From: Candidatus Obscuribacteraceae bacterium | GTDB lineage: Bacteria > Cyanobacteriota > Vampirovibrionia > Obscuribacterales > Obscuribacteraceae | Assembly (NCBI GenBank): GCA_044226015.1 | Contig: JBGAHS010000005.1 | Span: 32,001 to 96,000 of the forward strand | Length of the DNA stretch: 64,000 bases | Reading direction: 5' to 3' | In this document: positions 45,868 through 56,285 of the stretch, in pieces | How positions within the stretch are numbered: the first letter of the stretch is position 1 | Layout: every line of letters begins with the position of its first letter | Translations under genes and position numbers: made by a program | The notes under the pieces: model-generated | What the model was told of the DNA's origin: nothing | The model's input: only the letters and a program-made list of their open reading frames with translations | The model's database searches: none

Positions 45868-46503
45868 CTATTTCTTGAAGTATTCCATGGGGGGACCCGG
45901 TCTTCCTACGAAGCAATGTTTGTTGAAGCCGTAGTATTTTATTTGTGCTACAGCAGCTTTTGCCGCATCAGCATCACGTGCGAAGTCTTCCATCCAGTTT
46001 GAGCCACATGTTACTTTCCATGAGCCATTGATTTGCTCAGCTTTTACTTCTTCGGTGTTGAATGGCAATTCGTCTTCACCTTCAAGAGTGCCTTGCGGGG
46101 CTTGTCCATCACTCAGAAAATACATCATTGGACGAGGTGTATTGCGTCCCACGAAACAGATTTCGTTGAGCTTATATGTTTTGATCGTTTTTTCAGCAAT
46201 AGCCATGTGACTCTGGTTATCGGCAAAATCGAGAATCCAGTGGTCACCATCTACTAGTTTCCAGCGTCCATCAATATTTTTTGCCTGAACCCTGTTGTTA
46301 TTAAAGCAAATGCAATCGCGCTTATTGAGCGCACTATCGTCGAGTTTTGCATCACCTGCAGATACGAGTTTCCTCGTTACAGGTTTGTCATTCTCCAGGT
46401 ATTGGTCGTTTACTGTAATGCCACCTATCAATGTTTGTGCCTGCGCAGAGCTAACGCTCAGCAAAAATGCGGCGATGATGTTGATGTTCTTGTAGCGATA
46501 CAT
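45868..46503 (-). CDS. secreted protein with two ~75-aa internal repeats
   Basis: signal peptide; FN..V.A..I.G.WK...G..W..DFA...IK.Y..N..CFVGR...M.YF occurs twice. Confidence 0.8.
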   Translation of the reverse strand: MYRYKNINIIAAFLLSVSSAQAQTLIGGITVNDQYLENDKPVTRKLVSAGDAKLDDSALNKRDCICFNNNRVQAKNIDGRWKLVDGDHWILDFADNQSHMAIAEKTIKTYKLNEICFVGRNTPRPMMYFLSDGQAPQGTLEGEDELPFNTEEVKAEQINGSWKVTCGSNWMEDFARDADAAKAAVAQIKYYGFNKHCFVGRPGPPMEYFKK

Positions 46504-46668
46504 TTTGAGATTCCTGAACTTGGAGATATTGCTACTTCTTCAATTGGGAAATTAGGGTGATTTCTATAATTAATCAAAGTTTGATCATACACGAATGTAC
46601 CTTATTTGTGGATTTAGCCTTGATAGAAGTGGTATAACAATAGCAATTCTTTTGATGGCGTTCTGCTA

Positions 46669-47571
46669 ATGGTAAGTTTCGCAAAACATTCTTGTGGTGA
46701 TAGCCGGCTCGCTTGTTCGGACTGTGGGGCGACTGTTTGTCCAAAATGTATGGTCGAATGTCCTGTTGGCAATAGATGCAAGAAATGTGCCGCCAAAACT
46801 GAAAGTCACATTTTAAAGGTTACGCCTGGTATTGCAATCAGAACCTTCCTAGTGGCAATGCTTGCAGGGTTCGCTTTTACATTTTTGAATCCGTTTGGAA
46901 GTTTCTCCTTTTACTCTTGGATTATCGTTTATTTTGTTGGAACCCTGGTTGGTAATTTGATACATCGTATATCGGGTTACAAGATGGGTGCTGTTATTGT
47001 TGCGGTAGTAATTGCGGGGGTTGCGCTTGGCGCAGTTGCTAACCCTGACACCCTTGTTAATCCGATTGCTAAGCCCGATGCAATTGATGCTCTAGACTAT
47101 GATCTTATGCAAGATGTTGATATGGAGGATTCGGATGCGATGGACGGAGAATTCTCTGGTTCATCTGCTACCAGAAAAGATTCGAGTTCGAAGATAGATA
47201 AAACTACAACTGATGTAACTGATGATAGCAAAGGTACGAACGATGCAGGCTCAGCGACAACTAATGACTCAAGCTTAAACAAAGCTGATTCAACTGATGC
47301 ATTGCAAGCCGGCGCTGATGGCGATTCTAAAGCCGTAGTAGAAGGCGATTCAAAAGCTGGCGCTGATAGCGATTCCAAATTTAAGCATGCCAGCGAGCTC
47401 AAAAAACAGAGAATGAAAATGCGTCAAGAGAAAGCTCGTGCGATGGCAAAAACTCTTTCTTCAACAAGGCACTTTTGGAAGCTCATTGATTTGCTTGTGT
47501 TTGTGGTGGGCGTGCTTACCCCATTTACGGGGATTGTTCCAAATTTTCCATTTTATGGTTTTCGTCGTTGA
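46669..47571 (+). CDS. membrane protein with N-terminal B-box-like zinc finger and acidic low-complexity loop
   Basis: H...CSDC...VCPKCM...PVGNRCKKC; 3-4 TM segments; D/S-rich insert. Confidence 0.75.
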   Translation: MVSFAKHSCGDSRLACSDCGATVCPKCMVECPVGNRCKKCAAKTESHILKVTPGIAIRTFLVAMLAGFAFTFLNPFGSFSFYSWIIVYFVGTLVGNLIHRISGYKMGAVIVAVVIAGVALGAVANPDTLVNPIAKPDAIDALDYDLMQDVDMEDSDAMDGEFSGSSATRKDSSSKIDKTTTDVTDDSKGTNDAGSATTNDSSLNKADSTDALQAGADGDSKAVVEGDSKAGADSDSKFKHASELKKQRMKMRQEKARAMAKTLSSTRHFWKLIDLLVFVVGVLTPFTGIVPNFPFYGFRR

Positions 47572-47640
47572 TACGAATGTTCAAGATTTGGGGAACAGAT
47601 TGACTGCTCCCCAAATTTATTGATGCCCAGATGTCTGATA

Positions 47641-48039
47641 CTATCTGTGGTGCCTGTTGTGATGTTCGTATCGCTTATGCCTGTCATGAAAGTCATGTCG
47701 ATCATTCAGATGAGGTCCGAGATGTCTAGGGACAGGGAATGGCACCGGAAATGGCGCTGGGAAAGGCGCCGGATTTGGTCGTCCGCAATTATTGGGAATC
47801 CATCCCACATATTCTTCGTATCCTGAATTTCTTTCCCTGACACTGACACCGCCGCTTCCATATATTACTACGTCATCTCGGCGCATTGGTCCGCTAAGCT
47901 GATGAGCTCGATTTGCCAGCGCCACTGTATGGCAAGGACTCTCAAAAATCTCTTGCCTTAAAACATTGGCTGCGTCCATGGTATCGCCAACGACAAGGTC
48001 CGTCGCCAGTCGGCGAGCTTGAAACTCAAAATTACTCAT
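47641..48039 (-). CDS. hypothetical protein with Pro-repeat and His-rich tail
   Basis: GAGG RBS; PAPFPAPFPVPFPVP; HDFHDRH...HHNRHHR. Confidence 0.65.
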   Translation of the reverse strand: MSNFEFQARRLATDLVVGDTMDAANVLRQEIFESPCHTVALANRAHQLSGPMRRDDVVIYGSGGVSVRERNSGYEEYVGWIPNNCGRPNPAPFPAPFPVPFPVPRHLGPHLNDRHDFHDRHKRYEHHNRHHR

Positions 48040-48274
48040 TTAGAAGCACCTCTTCCTGTTTGGGGGGATTCAGCCAGCTATGCTTACTTCGGATATTAAA
48101 TTGAGAAATGTTCCAGTCAATGCGGGAAACACCAGTGAAGTCATTGACAGATTCCTTGGTGACCTTTCATAAAGGTGCAGAGATCCACCTGGTCATGTAT
48201 TCGGGCTGTCATCTCCAGTCTTAAATATCCTAAAAGAAAGAGTAGAATGGAAGTCAGGTTTCTTCCAGGACAGA

Positions 48275-50872
48275 GTGCAAAGCGGAATGCTATCACCAGG
48301 CACAATAATTGCTGAGCGATATGAAATCATCTCCAGTATTGGTGATGGTGGCATGGGTAGCGTATACAAAGGCAGGCAGATAGGACTCGACAGAATTATA
48401 GCTTTGAAAACTCTTCATCCGCATTTGCTAGCTGATGCAAATTCACGAGACAGATTCGAGCGCGAAGGGAAAATCTTATCACTGCTCACTCACGAACATC
48501 TGATGGTCTTCTATGAGTTCGGATTTTTTGATGAAGTGAGCCCGTTCATGGCAATGGAATTCGTCGACGGAATGAACCTGCGTAAGATCTTGAGCGTGGG
48601 CGGTAAGTTAGAGTGGAAGCGATGTTTGAAGATCGCTGAACAGGTTGCAGAAGCTCTGGCTTATTCGCACCGTCATCACATTGTTCATCGTGACTTGAGT
48701 CCGAGCAACATTATGCTTGTGTCAAGCAGTGACGATTTTGTCAAAGTAATTGATTTTGGTTTAGCACGGTTGTTTGGCGATGGAAAAGGCGCTTTGCAAA
48801 CTCTCACAGAAACAGGACTCCTGGTTGGCAATCCGCTCTACATGAGCCCTGAGCAGTGTCTGGGAAAAAAGGTAGATTCTCGTTCAGATATCTATTCATT
48901 TTCATGCATTCTATATGAGTGTCTCGCTGGTGAAACTCCTTTTTCGGCAGACAATCCAATTGGTGTTATTCACAAGCATATTAATGAAGAAGTGATTCCG
49001 CTCTCAATCAAGGCGAAAATTCCAATCGAACTGTCCTCAGTGATCGAAAAGGGTCTGCAGAAAAATCCTGAGCATCGATATCAATCGATGGAAGAATATC
49101 TTTCAGACTTGCGCTATTTATTGAAGGATGAATATGAGAGTGTGCTGGCAGCTTCTGAATTCTCACGGAGCACTGGTGTTTCGCGAAAGACAAAGACAGT
49201 TTTGCTCTGGTACAGTATTTTGATTTTGGGTTTGCTGTCTACTCTAGCTTTCCTCTATTCAGAGCCAGGCATTGCAACACCAATTGCCCTATTTATGCGG
49301 CAAAATAAAACTGAGAAGGTCTACCAAGAAGCGGAAAAATTTGCCGACTGGCTTGAGGAAGTGAAGCGATACAAGTCGGCTGAACTTATTTACTCCACCA
49401 TTTCCAATTTGTACAATCCATCGCTTCCCGACGGAAAAGCAGCAATTCGATGGTTCAAACTTTCACGAGTTCAATTCGCATTGCATCAAAGCAATCTGGC
49501 ATCAAAATCGCTGGTTTTGGGTTTTCGTTCTATCGATAATATGCCTGCTGAGAAATTAGCCCCGTATGCGCCATACATTGATGAGCTTATTCCGAAAATG
49601 CTTCATTCTGGTCTTGTAATTCCTGGTGAAGCCAAAGGTTGTCTGCACCGCCTTGCTGCAGGCTATTCCGACTTAAAAGACGTTGAGACAACAAAAAGAT
49701 TATGGGACTTGATTGTTTACAAGATTGGCACTGGCAGTCTCTACGCAATGTCTCTTGAATTACTGGACAACATAGGTATTCTCAATGATAGTGGCAGAAC
49801 AGAAGAGTCCGCTATAGTGTCATCTGTGTTGCTGGATTATTTCGATCCAAAAGCATTCAAATCGAAGTTGAAAGAGTTTTCCATAGCGACCAATTTATGC
49901 AAACTCTGTGTTGATATTTCTGATCTCAAGCGTGCAGCACAGTTTCTCAAGCTGGCTGAAGACTTGATGGACTCTGGGCTTGATATGTCAATTCTCGACA
50001 GGCAAGTTTACTATTCTACAAAAGGGATGTATTTGTACAAAAGTGGTGACCATGCTCAAGGGCTTATTCATTTGAGAAAAGGTTTGGAGCTGGCAAAGAA
50101 TATCGGCGACGGTGGCACTGTTGCTTTGATATCGGCACAGTGTTTGTCACACATATATTGGCAAGAAGGAAAACGCGACCAAGGTATAGCTGTTTTGTCA
50201 GCTGCTCTGTCATCGTATAACAGACCTCCGCACAATCTGTCAGCTTTCAATTCCAGCTCAATCGACCTGGCTAATATGCTTCTGGATAGAAACAAAATTG
50301 CCCAAGCCAAAGTGTTGATCAAAGAAGTTGGCTCTGAGTTAACGATGGACTCAAGAAATGAATTGTTAGCTTATTCGCTTTTGCTCAGTGTTAAGGAAGG
50401 CAACTGGGCTGCCTTTCTTTCGAATCTGAAATCTGCTGTAAGTTCCTTGCCAAAAGACTACTGTGTTGCATATTTGCAAGATCCTTTACTCCAAGCCTTT
50501 CTGAAAGGTGAGAAAATACCTTGGGTCGATATTCGACAGATCGCAAATGAGCACCAGGGGCTGAGCCCAGTGTTTGTAGCGGCTACCGCATCAGTTGCTC
50601 AAATAAGGGGCGAGCGAGGAAAAATCGACAGGTGTTTTGTTTTATTAGACGAGGCAAAGAAGAAAATCGAGAGTGTTAGTTCTGGGATGAAAGAACCTTG
50701 CATATTGGCTCTGAGAGTACGTTTGCCAGGTATAGCTAATGTACTATATAAAAACAATCACGTTGACGCTTTGAAGCAACTAGTAGCTTACTGTCAGAGT
50801 TTTCCTGCAAATGAACTTGTTAAAGAATCCGCGTATGTTGAAGATTTGCTGAAACAAAAAGCGAAGGTCTAA
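48275..50872 (+). CDS. Ser/Thr protein kinase, one TM helix, C-terminal TPR-like domain
   Basis: GDGGMG, IALK, HRDLSPSN, DFG, YMSPE; TM VLLWYSILILGLLSTLAFLY. Confidence 0.92.
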   Translation: MQSGMLSPGTIIAERYEIISSIGDGGMGSVYKGRQIGLDRIIALKTLHPHLLADANSRDRFEREGKILSLLTHEHLMVFYEFGFFDEVSPFMAMEFVDGMNLRKILSVGGKLEWKRCLKIAEQVAEALAYSHRHHIVHRDLSPSNIMLVSSSDDFVKVIDFGLARLFGDGKGALQTLTETGLLVGNPLYMSPEQCLGKKVDSRSDIYSFSCILYECLAGETPFSADNPIGVIHKHINEEVIPLSIKAKIPIELSSVIEKGLQKNPEHRYQSMEEYLSDLRYLLKDEYESVLAASEFSRSTGVSRKTKTVLLWYSILILGLLSTLAFLYSEPGIATPIALFMRQNKTEKVYQEAEKFADWLEEVKRYKSAELIYSTISNLYNPSLPDGKAAIRWFKLSRVQFALHQSNLASKSLVLGFRSIDNMPAEKLAPYAPYIDELIPKMLHSGLVIPGEAKGCLHRLAAGYSDLKDVETTKRLWDLIVYKIGTGSLYAMSLELLDNIGILNDSGRTEESAIVSSVLLDYFDPKAFKSKLKEFSIATNLCKLCVDISDLKRAAQFLKLAEDLMDSGLDMSILDRQVYYSTKGMYLYKSGDHAQGLIHLRKGLELAKNIGDGGTVALISAQCLSHIYWQEGKRDQGIAVLSAALSSYNRPPHNLSAFNSSSIDLANMLLDRNKIAQAKVLIKEVGSELTMDSRNELLAYSLLLSVKEGNWAAFLSNLKSAVSSLPKDYCVAYLQDPLLQAFLKGEKIPWVDIRQIANEHQGLSPVFVAATASVAQIRGERGKIDRCFVLLDEAKKKIESVSSGMKEPCILALRVRLPGIANVLYKNNHVDALKQLVAYCQSFPANELVKESAYVEDLLKQKAKV

Positions 50873-50912
50873 CCTTGGAGTAAGACCTTCGCAAATTCAC
50901 TCAGGGTATGGT

Positions 50913-53447
50913 CTAGTGTTTGTCCCACTTTATAGTTTGAGAGCAACGAATGTCACGGCTAGAAGTACCCACCGCAATCTCGTATTGACCATCTGGTGAG
51001 TGCCAACCGTGAGCCTTGATGTCGTATGTCGCAAACGCATCTGGTTTTAGTTGAAGCTGAACTGATTTAGTTTGACCGGGTTCTAATTCTATTCTGCTAA
51101 AGCCTTTTAGCTCCTGGACCGGCCGGTCGATATTAGAAGCTACCGGGCGAACATAAAGTTGCACGACTTCTGCACCTTTTCTGTTACCCGTGTTGCTGAC
51201 GTCTACGCTGACATCGACTGTGTCAGTGCTCTTGTTCACCTTGAGATTTTGCAGAGCGAATTTCGTATAAGAAAGTCCATATCCGAAGGGGTATCGTGGT
51301 GTGATGTTTTTCTTGTCGTACCAGCGGTACCCTACGTAGATTCCTTCCTTGTATTCAACTCGGCCGCCATTGTCTGATGTACCGGGGTAATAGCCGAAAG
51401 CTGGCGAGTCTTCAAAACGTTTCTCGAAAGTATCGGGCAATTTGCCGCTCGGGTTGATGTCTCCAAAAATAGCTTCCGCTACTCCAGTGTTGCCGTTTTG
51501 ACCGGGATACCATGCGTGCATCAAGCCCGAAACGTCGTTGATCCAACCTTCCATGCCCACATTTCCACCTGCGTTGAATACAACCAGGGTGCGTGGGTTT
51601 AGCTTACTAGCTTGCTTGAGCATGGTCTGCTGATCTACTGGCAAATCATAGGGTCTATCGAATCCTTCTGATTCCATAAATCCGTTGAAGCCGCCAGCAA
51701 AAATGACAGCATCTGCTTCCGCTATTAGCTTAGCTTGTTCTGCTGTAAATTTGTCTGCAGTTCGGCCCCATCCAAATTGCATAATGGCAGGTCCAGCAGA
51801 GTGCTTGTATTCGATCACAACATCATGTTCTTCGTCTGCTTGCAATTTCATCGTTTTGCTAGCATTCACCTGTTGCCCTGGCACAGATGAGGCTTCAAAA
51901 AGCGGTTTGCCATCGAGCATCACTTTTGCACCATCACTGCAGCAAGCAAAGGTATAGTCGTCTGTGAACGGTGCTTTGATTTTGCCTGTCCATCTGATTG
52001 AGTATTTGTCTACCTTTATGGTGTCATCTGGTCTCCAGGTGCCCCACATGAAATTGACCGTGGGGTCGGTCTTAGTGAGGAATGGGGACCCTTTGAGTTC
52101 TGGATTTGTGTAATATTCGCCTTTCATTCCCCGCTGTCCATCTATCAATTCGAAGACAGAACCAGAGTTAAAAGCAGATGATGCAGTCGGATTGGCGCCA
52201 GCCCAGTTTGGGATGTAACTAACTTTAACGTTGTTGCCCGCTGCCTCTCTGACGGCATCGAGCAAGCTAACAGAGCGAAATGGAATAGTGCCGCTACTGC
52301 CGCCACCACCTACGATGGCAGGGCATGCATTAGGACCGAGCATAACAATTGATTTGACTTTATCTTTGCTCAAGGGCAAGAAGTCATTGTCGTTTTTCAA
52401 AAGTACCAGACCTTTTCTGGCGATTTCCAGAGCCACTGCACCACTGCTGGGGTCATCCAGTGGAATAGACTTATCTTCCTGTTTTGTTTTGAAGAAATCC
52501 ATGGCAACAGACATGCGTATGATGCGTCTGACGTGTTCGTCGATTTGTGCTTGCGTGACCTTACCTTCGGAAAGCAACTTCTTGATGTTGTCTTGCGTGT
52601 AATAGATTCCTCGTCCCATTTCAAGGTCGTTGCCAGCTGTTAATGGACCCAAGCACTCATGAACAGCGCCCCAATCTGACATGAGAATGCCCTTGAATCC
52701 CCATTGTTTTCTCAGAACATCAGTCAGTAAATAGCTGTTTGCGGTACACCATTCACCATTAACTTTGTTATATGCGGCCATCACAGTCCAGCAATTGGCG
52801 TCTTGAACAGCAGCCTTAAATGGAGGAAAGCAAATTTCGTGCAGGCGGCGTTCGTCGACAATGGTGTCGACGCTGTCGCGCAAAATTTCCTGGTCATTTG
52901 CAGCGTAGTGTTTAACGCAGGCGGCTACATTTTGTCCCTGTAATCCTTTTATGTATCCCACTGCAATTTTGGAAGAAAGGTACGGGTCTTCGCCGAAGTA
53001 TTCAAAGTTTCTTCCGCACTGCGCAACTCGGTAGAGGTCGACACCTGGTGCCAGAAGCACATGCACACCGCGAGCGCGACAATCGCGACCGAGGGCTTTG
53101 CCCATCGCAAGAGCCGTGTCGTAGTCCCAAGTTGCAGCGAGCATTGCTCCTGCAGGGTAAGCGGTCGCTTTGCCCCAAACTCTGGCACCGACAGGTCCGT
53201 CGCTGAATTTCAGTTCTGGAATACCTAAACGGCTCAACCCAGGAACATGCATTTCATCAGAAGTACCCGACATCATGGTGATTTTTTCTTCAAGTGTCAT
53301 TTTGCCCAGAAGCTCAGAGACTCTCGCTTCAACCGGGTCGGAATTATCCGCGGAAACTGGCAATACAGCACTGGAACTCATAAGGCTGAGCGCAGCAAGT
53401 GCCATTTTCATTCTTTTGTGCAACATCATAATATTTAGCATCCTCAA
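50913..53447 (-). CDS. glycoside hydrolase family 3 beta-glucosidase with PA14 and Fn3-like domains, signal peptide
   Basis: SDGPVG, GRNFEYFGEDP, KHYAAN, MSDW nucleophile, PA14 (GEYY..SIRWTG), FGYGLSYT, EVVQLY. Confidence 0.95.
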   Translation of the reverse strand: MRMLNIMMLHKRMKMALAALSLMSSSAVLPVSADNSDPVEARVSELLGKMTLEEKITMMSGTSDEMHVPGLSRLGIPELKFSDGPVGARVWGKATAYPAGAMLAATWDYDTALAMGKALGRDCRARGVHVLLAPGVDLYRVAQCGRNFEYFGEDPYLSSKIAVGYIKGLQGQNVAACVKHYAANDQEILRDSVDTIVDERRLHEICFPPFKAAVQDANCWTVMAAYNKVNGEWCTANSYLLTDVLRKQWGFKGILMSDWGAVHECLGPLTAGNDLEMGRGIYYTQDNIKKLLSEGKVTQAQIDEHVRRIIRMSVAMDFFKTKQEDKSIPLDDPSSGAVALEIARKGLVLLKNDNDFLPLSKDKVKSIVMLGPNACPAIVGGGGSSGTIPFRSVSLLDAVREAAGNNVKVSYIPNWAGANPTASSAFNSGSVFELIDGQRGMKGEYYTNPELKGSPFLTKTDPTVNFMWGTWRPDDTIKVDKYSIRWTGKIKAPFTDDYTFACCSDGAKVMLDGKPLFEASSVPGQQVNASKTMKLQADEEHDVVIEYKHSAGPAIMQFGWGRTADKFTAEQAKLIAEADAVIFAGGFNGFMESEGFDRPYDLPVDQQTMLKQASKLNPRTLVVFNAGGNVGMEGWINDVSGLMHAWYPGQNGNTGVAEAIFGDINPSGKLPDTFEKRFEDSPAFGYYPGTSDNGGRVEYKEGIYVGYRWYDKKNITPRYPFGYGLSYTKFALQNLKVNKSTDTVDVSVDVSNTGNRKGAEVVQLYVRPVASNIDRPVQELKGFSRIELEPGQTKSVQLQLKPDAFATYDIKAHGWHSPDGQYEIAVGTSSRDIRCSQTIKWDKH

Positions 53448-53627
53448 TCAATCCAACCCTGAACTGGAGTGTATTTTCGAACATTCCGCTGGCAAAATCG
53501 ACCGGGATCATAGCAGGAGGTGGGGCGTAATATTAGCACTGCCCGCGTATGGCTTATCCGCAGCTAATGTCAAGCTGGTTTAATGGTCATAATCTTCTGC
53601 TAACAATCCTCTTGGAACGGTTCAGAC

Positions 53628-55088
53628 ATGCAGTTGTCTCTGAAACAAAAAAGCTTGCTTCTGGTGCTAGTTCCAGTGCTTTTTGAACTATTTTTCATTG
53701 TTATTTTGTTTGGTCTTTTGCGCCAGGCTGAGCATGAAGTCTGGCGAGAGACTCATGCAAAAGCTGTGATTTCCGAATCGAACGACATCTGGCGTCTTGC
53801 TTATGACACGGGCATAACCCTGTTCAGTTTTGCTGCGACTCGCCATTCAGCACTAGCCATCAAGTTTGTAGAAACCGAGACCGAGCTTGTAAACCATCTC
53901 AATACTCTGAAACTATTGACACAGGGGCACCCTAAGGAAGAAAAGCTTTTTGCCGAAGTTAATAAGTATGCCCAGTCCTCTCGTGTAGCTCTAAGAAATG
54001 CTCACCAAGCACTGGTTGATTTGAGTGTAATCGATGCAAGTTCGCGCATGCGAAGTCTGCGGAAGAACTTTGAAAGTGTAATACCGCAGCTTGTAGCAGC
54101 TCTCGGTGAGCTAAATGAGTACGAAAAGAAAATCGCAAAGAATAGCCCAAAGGCACAGGAACAATCACGACGCAATGTCCTCTATTTTCTTGTCGCTGGA
54201 ATCGTGTCTAGTACCGCACTGGCTTTTGCATTGGCAAGCTATTTTAATAAGGAGGCACTAGAGCGCTTAGGTGTAGTGATTGATAATACAAAGAAACTGG
54301 CTACTCGCGAAAAGTTGAATGCACCCGTTGCGGGCACGGACGAAATCGCTAGCTTAGACCACGTGTTCCATGACATGGTTGACGCCTTGGAGCTTGCGGC
54401 CAAGCGAAAGCAAGAACTGATGTCTATGGTTAGTCATGACCTTCGTTCTCCACTCATGTCTGTGGAAATTGCACTCGGTTCAATTTGTAGTGGCGTATAT
54501 GGTGACTTGCCAGAATTGATGAGCGAGCCTGTGCAACAATCTCGTCGCAATACTGTGAGACTAATCGAGCTGATTAATGATCTCCTTGATATAGAGAAGC
54601 TTGAGTCCGGAACTATGAGCTTAAACGCCCGGCAATGCGCCGTTAGCGAGATTTTCGATAAGTGTTTTGATGCAGTTAGCTCAAGTGCAGGGCAGAAATT
54701 GATAGATCTCGATCTGCAAGATTCTGATATCGAAATTTATGGCGACCCCGATCGATTAACGCAGGTTTTGGTAAATCTCATTTCCAACGCTATCAAATTC
54801 TCCTCGGAAGGAGGCAAAATTATCGTTTCTGCCTCTGTTAGAGACACTTTTGTCGAATTTGCAGTTGTGGATCAAGGAAGGGGCATTCCCTCTGAAAAAA
54901 TCGGAGTGATTTTTGATAGATTCTCCCAAGTGAATAATTCAGATGCTCAAAGAGGTAAAGGAACAGGGTTGGGGTTGGCTATCTGTAAGGCGATTGTTGA
55001 ATCTCACGGAGGGCAAATCGGTGTATCTTCCGAGGTCGACCAGGGCAGTCGATTCTGGTTCAAAATTCCTTTAGCGGAGACTCGCTAA
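53628..55088 (+). CDS. membrane sensor histidine kinase (periplasmic helical sensor, HAMP, HisKA, HATPase)
   Basis: two TMs, DEIASL, SHDLRSPL, NLISNAIKF, DQGRG, GTGLGL. Confidence 0.95.
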   Translation: MQLSLKQKSLLLVLVPVLFELFFIVILFGLLRQAEHEVWRETHAKAVISESNDIWRLAYDTGITLFSFAATRHSALAIKFVETETELVNHLNTLKLLTQGHPKEEKLFAEVNKYAQSSRVALRNAHQALVDLSVIDASSRMRSLRKNFESVIPQLVAALGELNEYEKKIAKNSPKAQEQSRRNVLYFLVAGIVSSTALAFALASYFNKEALERLGVVIDNTKKLATREKLNAPVAGTDEIASLDHVFHDMVDALELAAKRKQELMSMVSHDLRSPLMSVEIALGSICSGVYGDLPELMSEPVQQSRRNTVRLIELINDLLDIEKLESGTMSLNARQCAVSEIFDKCFDAVSSSAGQKLIDLDLQDSDIEIYGDPDRLTQVLVNLISNAIKFSSEGGKIIVSASVRDTFVEFAVVDQGRGIPSEKIGVIFDRFSQVNNSDAQRGKGTGLGLAICKAIVESHGGQIGVSSEVDQGSRFWFKIPLAETR

Positions 55089-56225
55089 ATGTCTAGGTGT
55101 TTGAGAGGAATAAATGCAGTTTTACTTGTGGTATCGATTCCCCTTCTGTCCTCATGTTCTGTGGAGTCCTCCTCGGAAGGAACACTATCTTTTCTGGGAA
55201 ATTCCTACACTTTGCGATGCTGGGAGCGTGAATGTGTAGATGGTCAGCATGCAATGCTCGCTCAAGATTATCGTGAGGCCGCAAAGTGTTTTAGCAAGGC
55301 TCTTGCTTATGCAGGAGGTGGTGCGAGGCTTTTCCAAACACAGCTGCTTCTTGTAGCGGTTGACCTGGACCAAAAGCAGTATGATAGCGGGCTGCGTATC
55401 TGCCGCCAGATGAATGAGCGCGCTCATAGTGCTTACGAACTCTCTCTACTTGATTTGAATCTTGGAAAGTGCTTTTCCGGGTTGCAACGATTTGCTGATG
55501 CTGAAAAAAGTTTCCGATCATGCATCGCTAGAAACGACGCAATAAAAGCTCAAGATGAAGAAACTAAGTTGCTTACTCTAGATGCTCTGGTGTTGTTGAT
55601 TGATTGTCTAAGAATGCAGGGAAAAAACGCAGATGCTGATAATGTTCTTTCGCAGTGTGAGGGGCTAAAGTCCAGGCTGATGAATGTCGTGGAGAACAAT
55701 GATAAGTTCTTGATTGCTCTAGGGCAGAGTCAGCTAGCGAAGACCCCAGATGAAGCGATAAAGATTTTATTGCCAGAGGTAGAGAAGAAAGAAAATCAAG
55801 CGAATACGAATGAGTTTAGAAATGCGATGAAATTTCTTGTGCTCATGTACGCTCGCAATAATGATGATGACTCCAGCCGAAAAACGATGAAAGACCTTTT
55901 GCGTGTTATGAACTCTGACCCATTTTGTTTAGCTGGTGACAGACTCAGATTATTGCTTTATTCTGCCGAGGATTTATTTCTCAGCTCAAAAATAGAATTA
56001 AGTAAGGAAATGGCTTTGGAAGCCCTTCGAATGCGGGCTGCAGCTAAGTCTCATCAGTTATTCGACATACTTTTGCTTCTTGCTCAGTGCGACTACCGCT
56101 TGCATAATCCGAAGGAGGGCAAGCAATACACCCTTGAGGCTGCAGCTGTCGCTGAGAAATTTACCAAAGACGAGAAGGTCAGGTTGGAAAGGCTGAAAAC
56201 GTTCCGGGAAGTGACGGGCTATTAG
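55089..56225 (+). CDS. TPR-repeat protein, possible lipoprotein
   Basis: LLSSC lipobox-like motif; TPR-like helices; abuts the kinase stop. Confidence 0.7.
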   Translation: MSRCLRGINAVLLVVSIPLLSSCSVESSSEGTLSFLGNSYTLRCWERECVDGQHAMLAQDYREAAKCFSKALAYAGGGARLFQTQLLLVAVDLDQKQYDSGLRICRQMNERAHSAYELSLLDLNLGKCFSGLQRFADAEKSFRSCIARNDAIKAQDEETKLLTLDALVLLIDCLRMQGKNADADNVLSQCEGLKSRLMNVVENNDKFLIALGQSQLAKTPDEAIKILLPEVEKKENQANTNEFRNAMKFLVLMYARNNDDDSSRKTMKDLLRVMNSDPFCLAGDRLRLLLYSAEDLFLSSKIELSKEMALEALRMRAAAKSHQLFDILLLLAQCDYRLHNPKEGKQYTLEAAAVAEKFTKDEKVRLERLKTFREVTGY

Positions 56226-56285
56226 CATGTCAGGAAGTGCTAACCCGCACGTGAGCTGGGTATAAACTCAACAAGAGGCTCAGAT

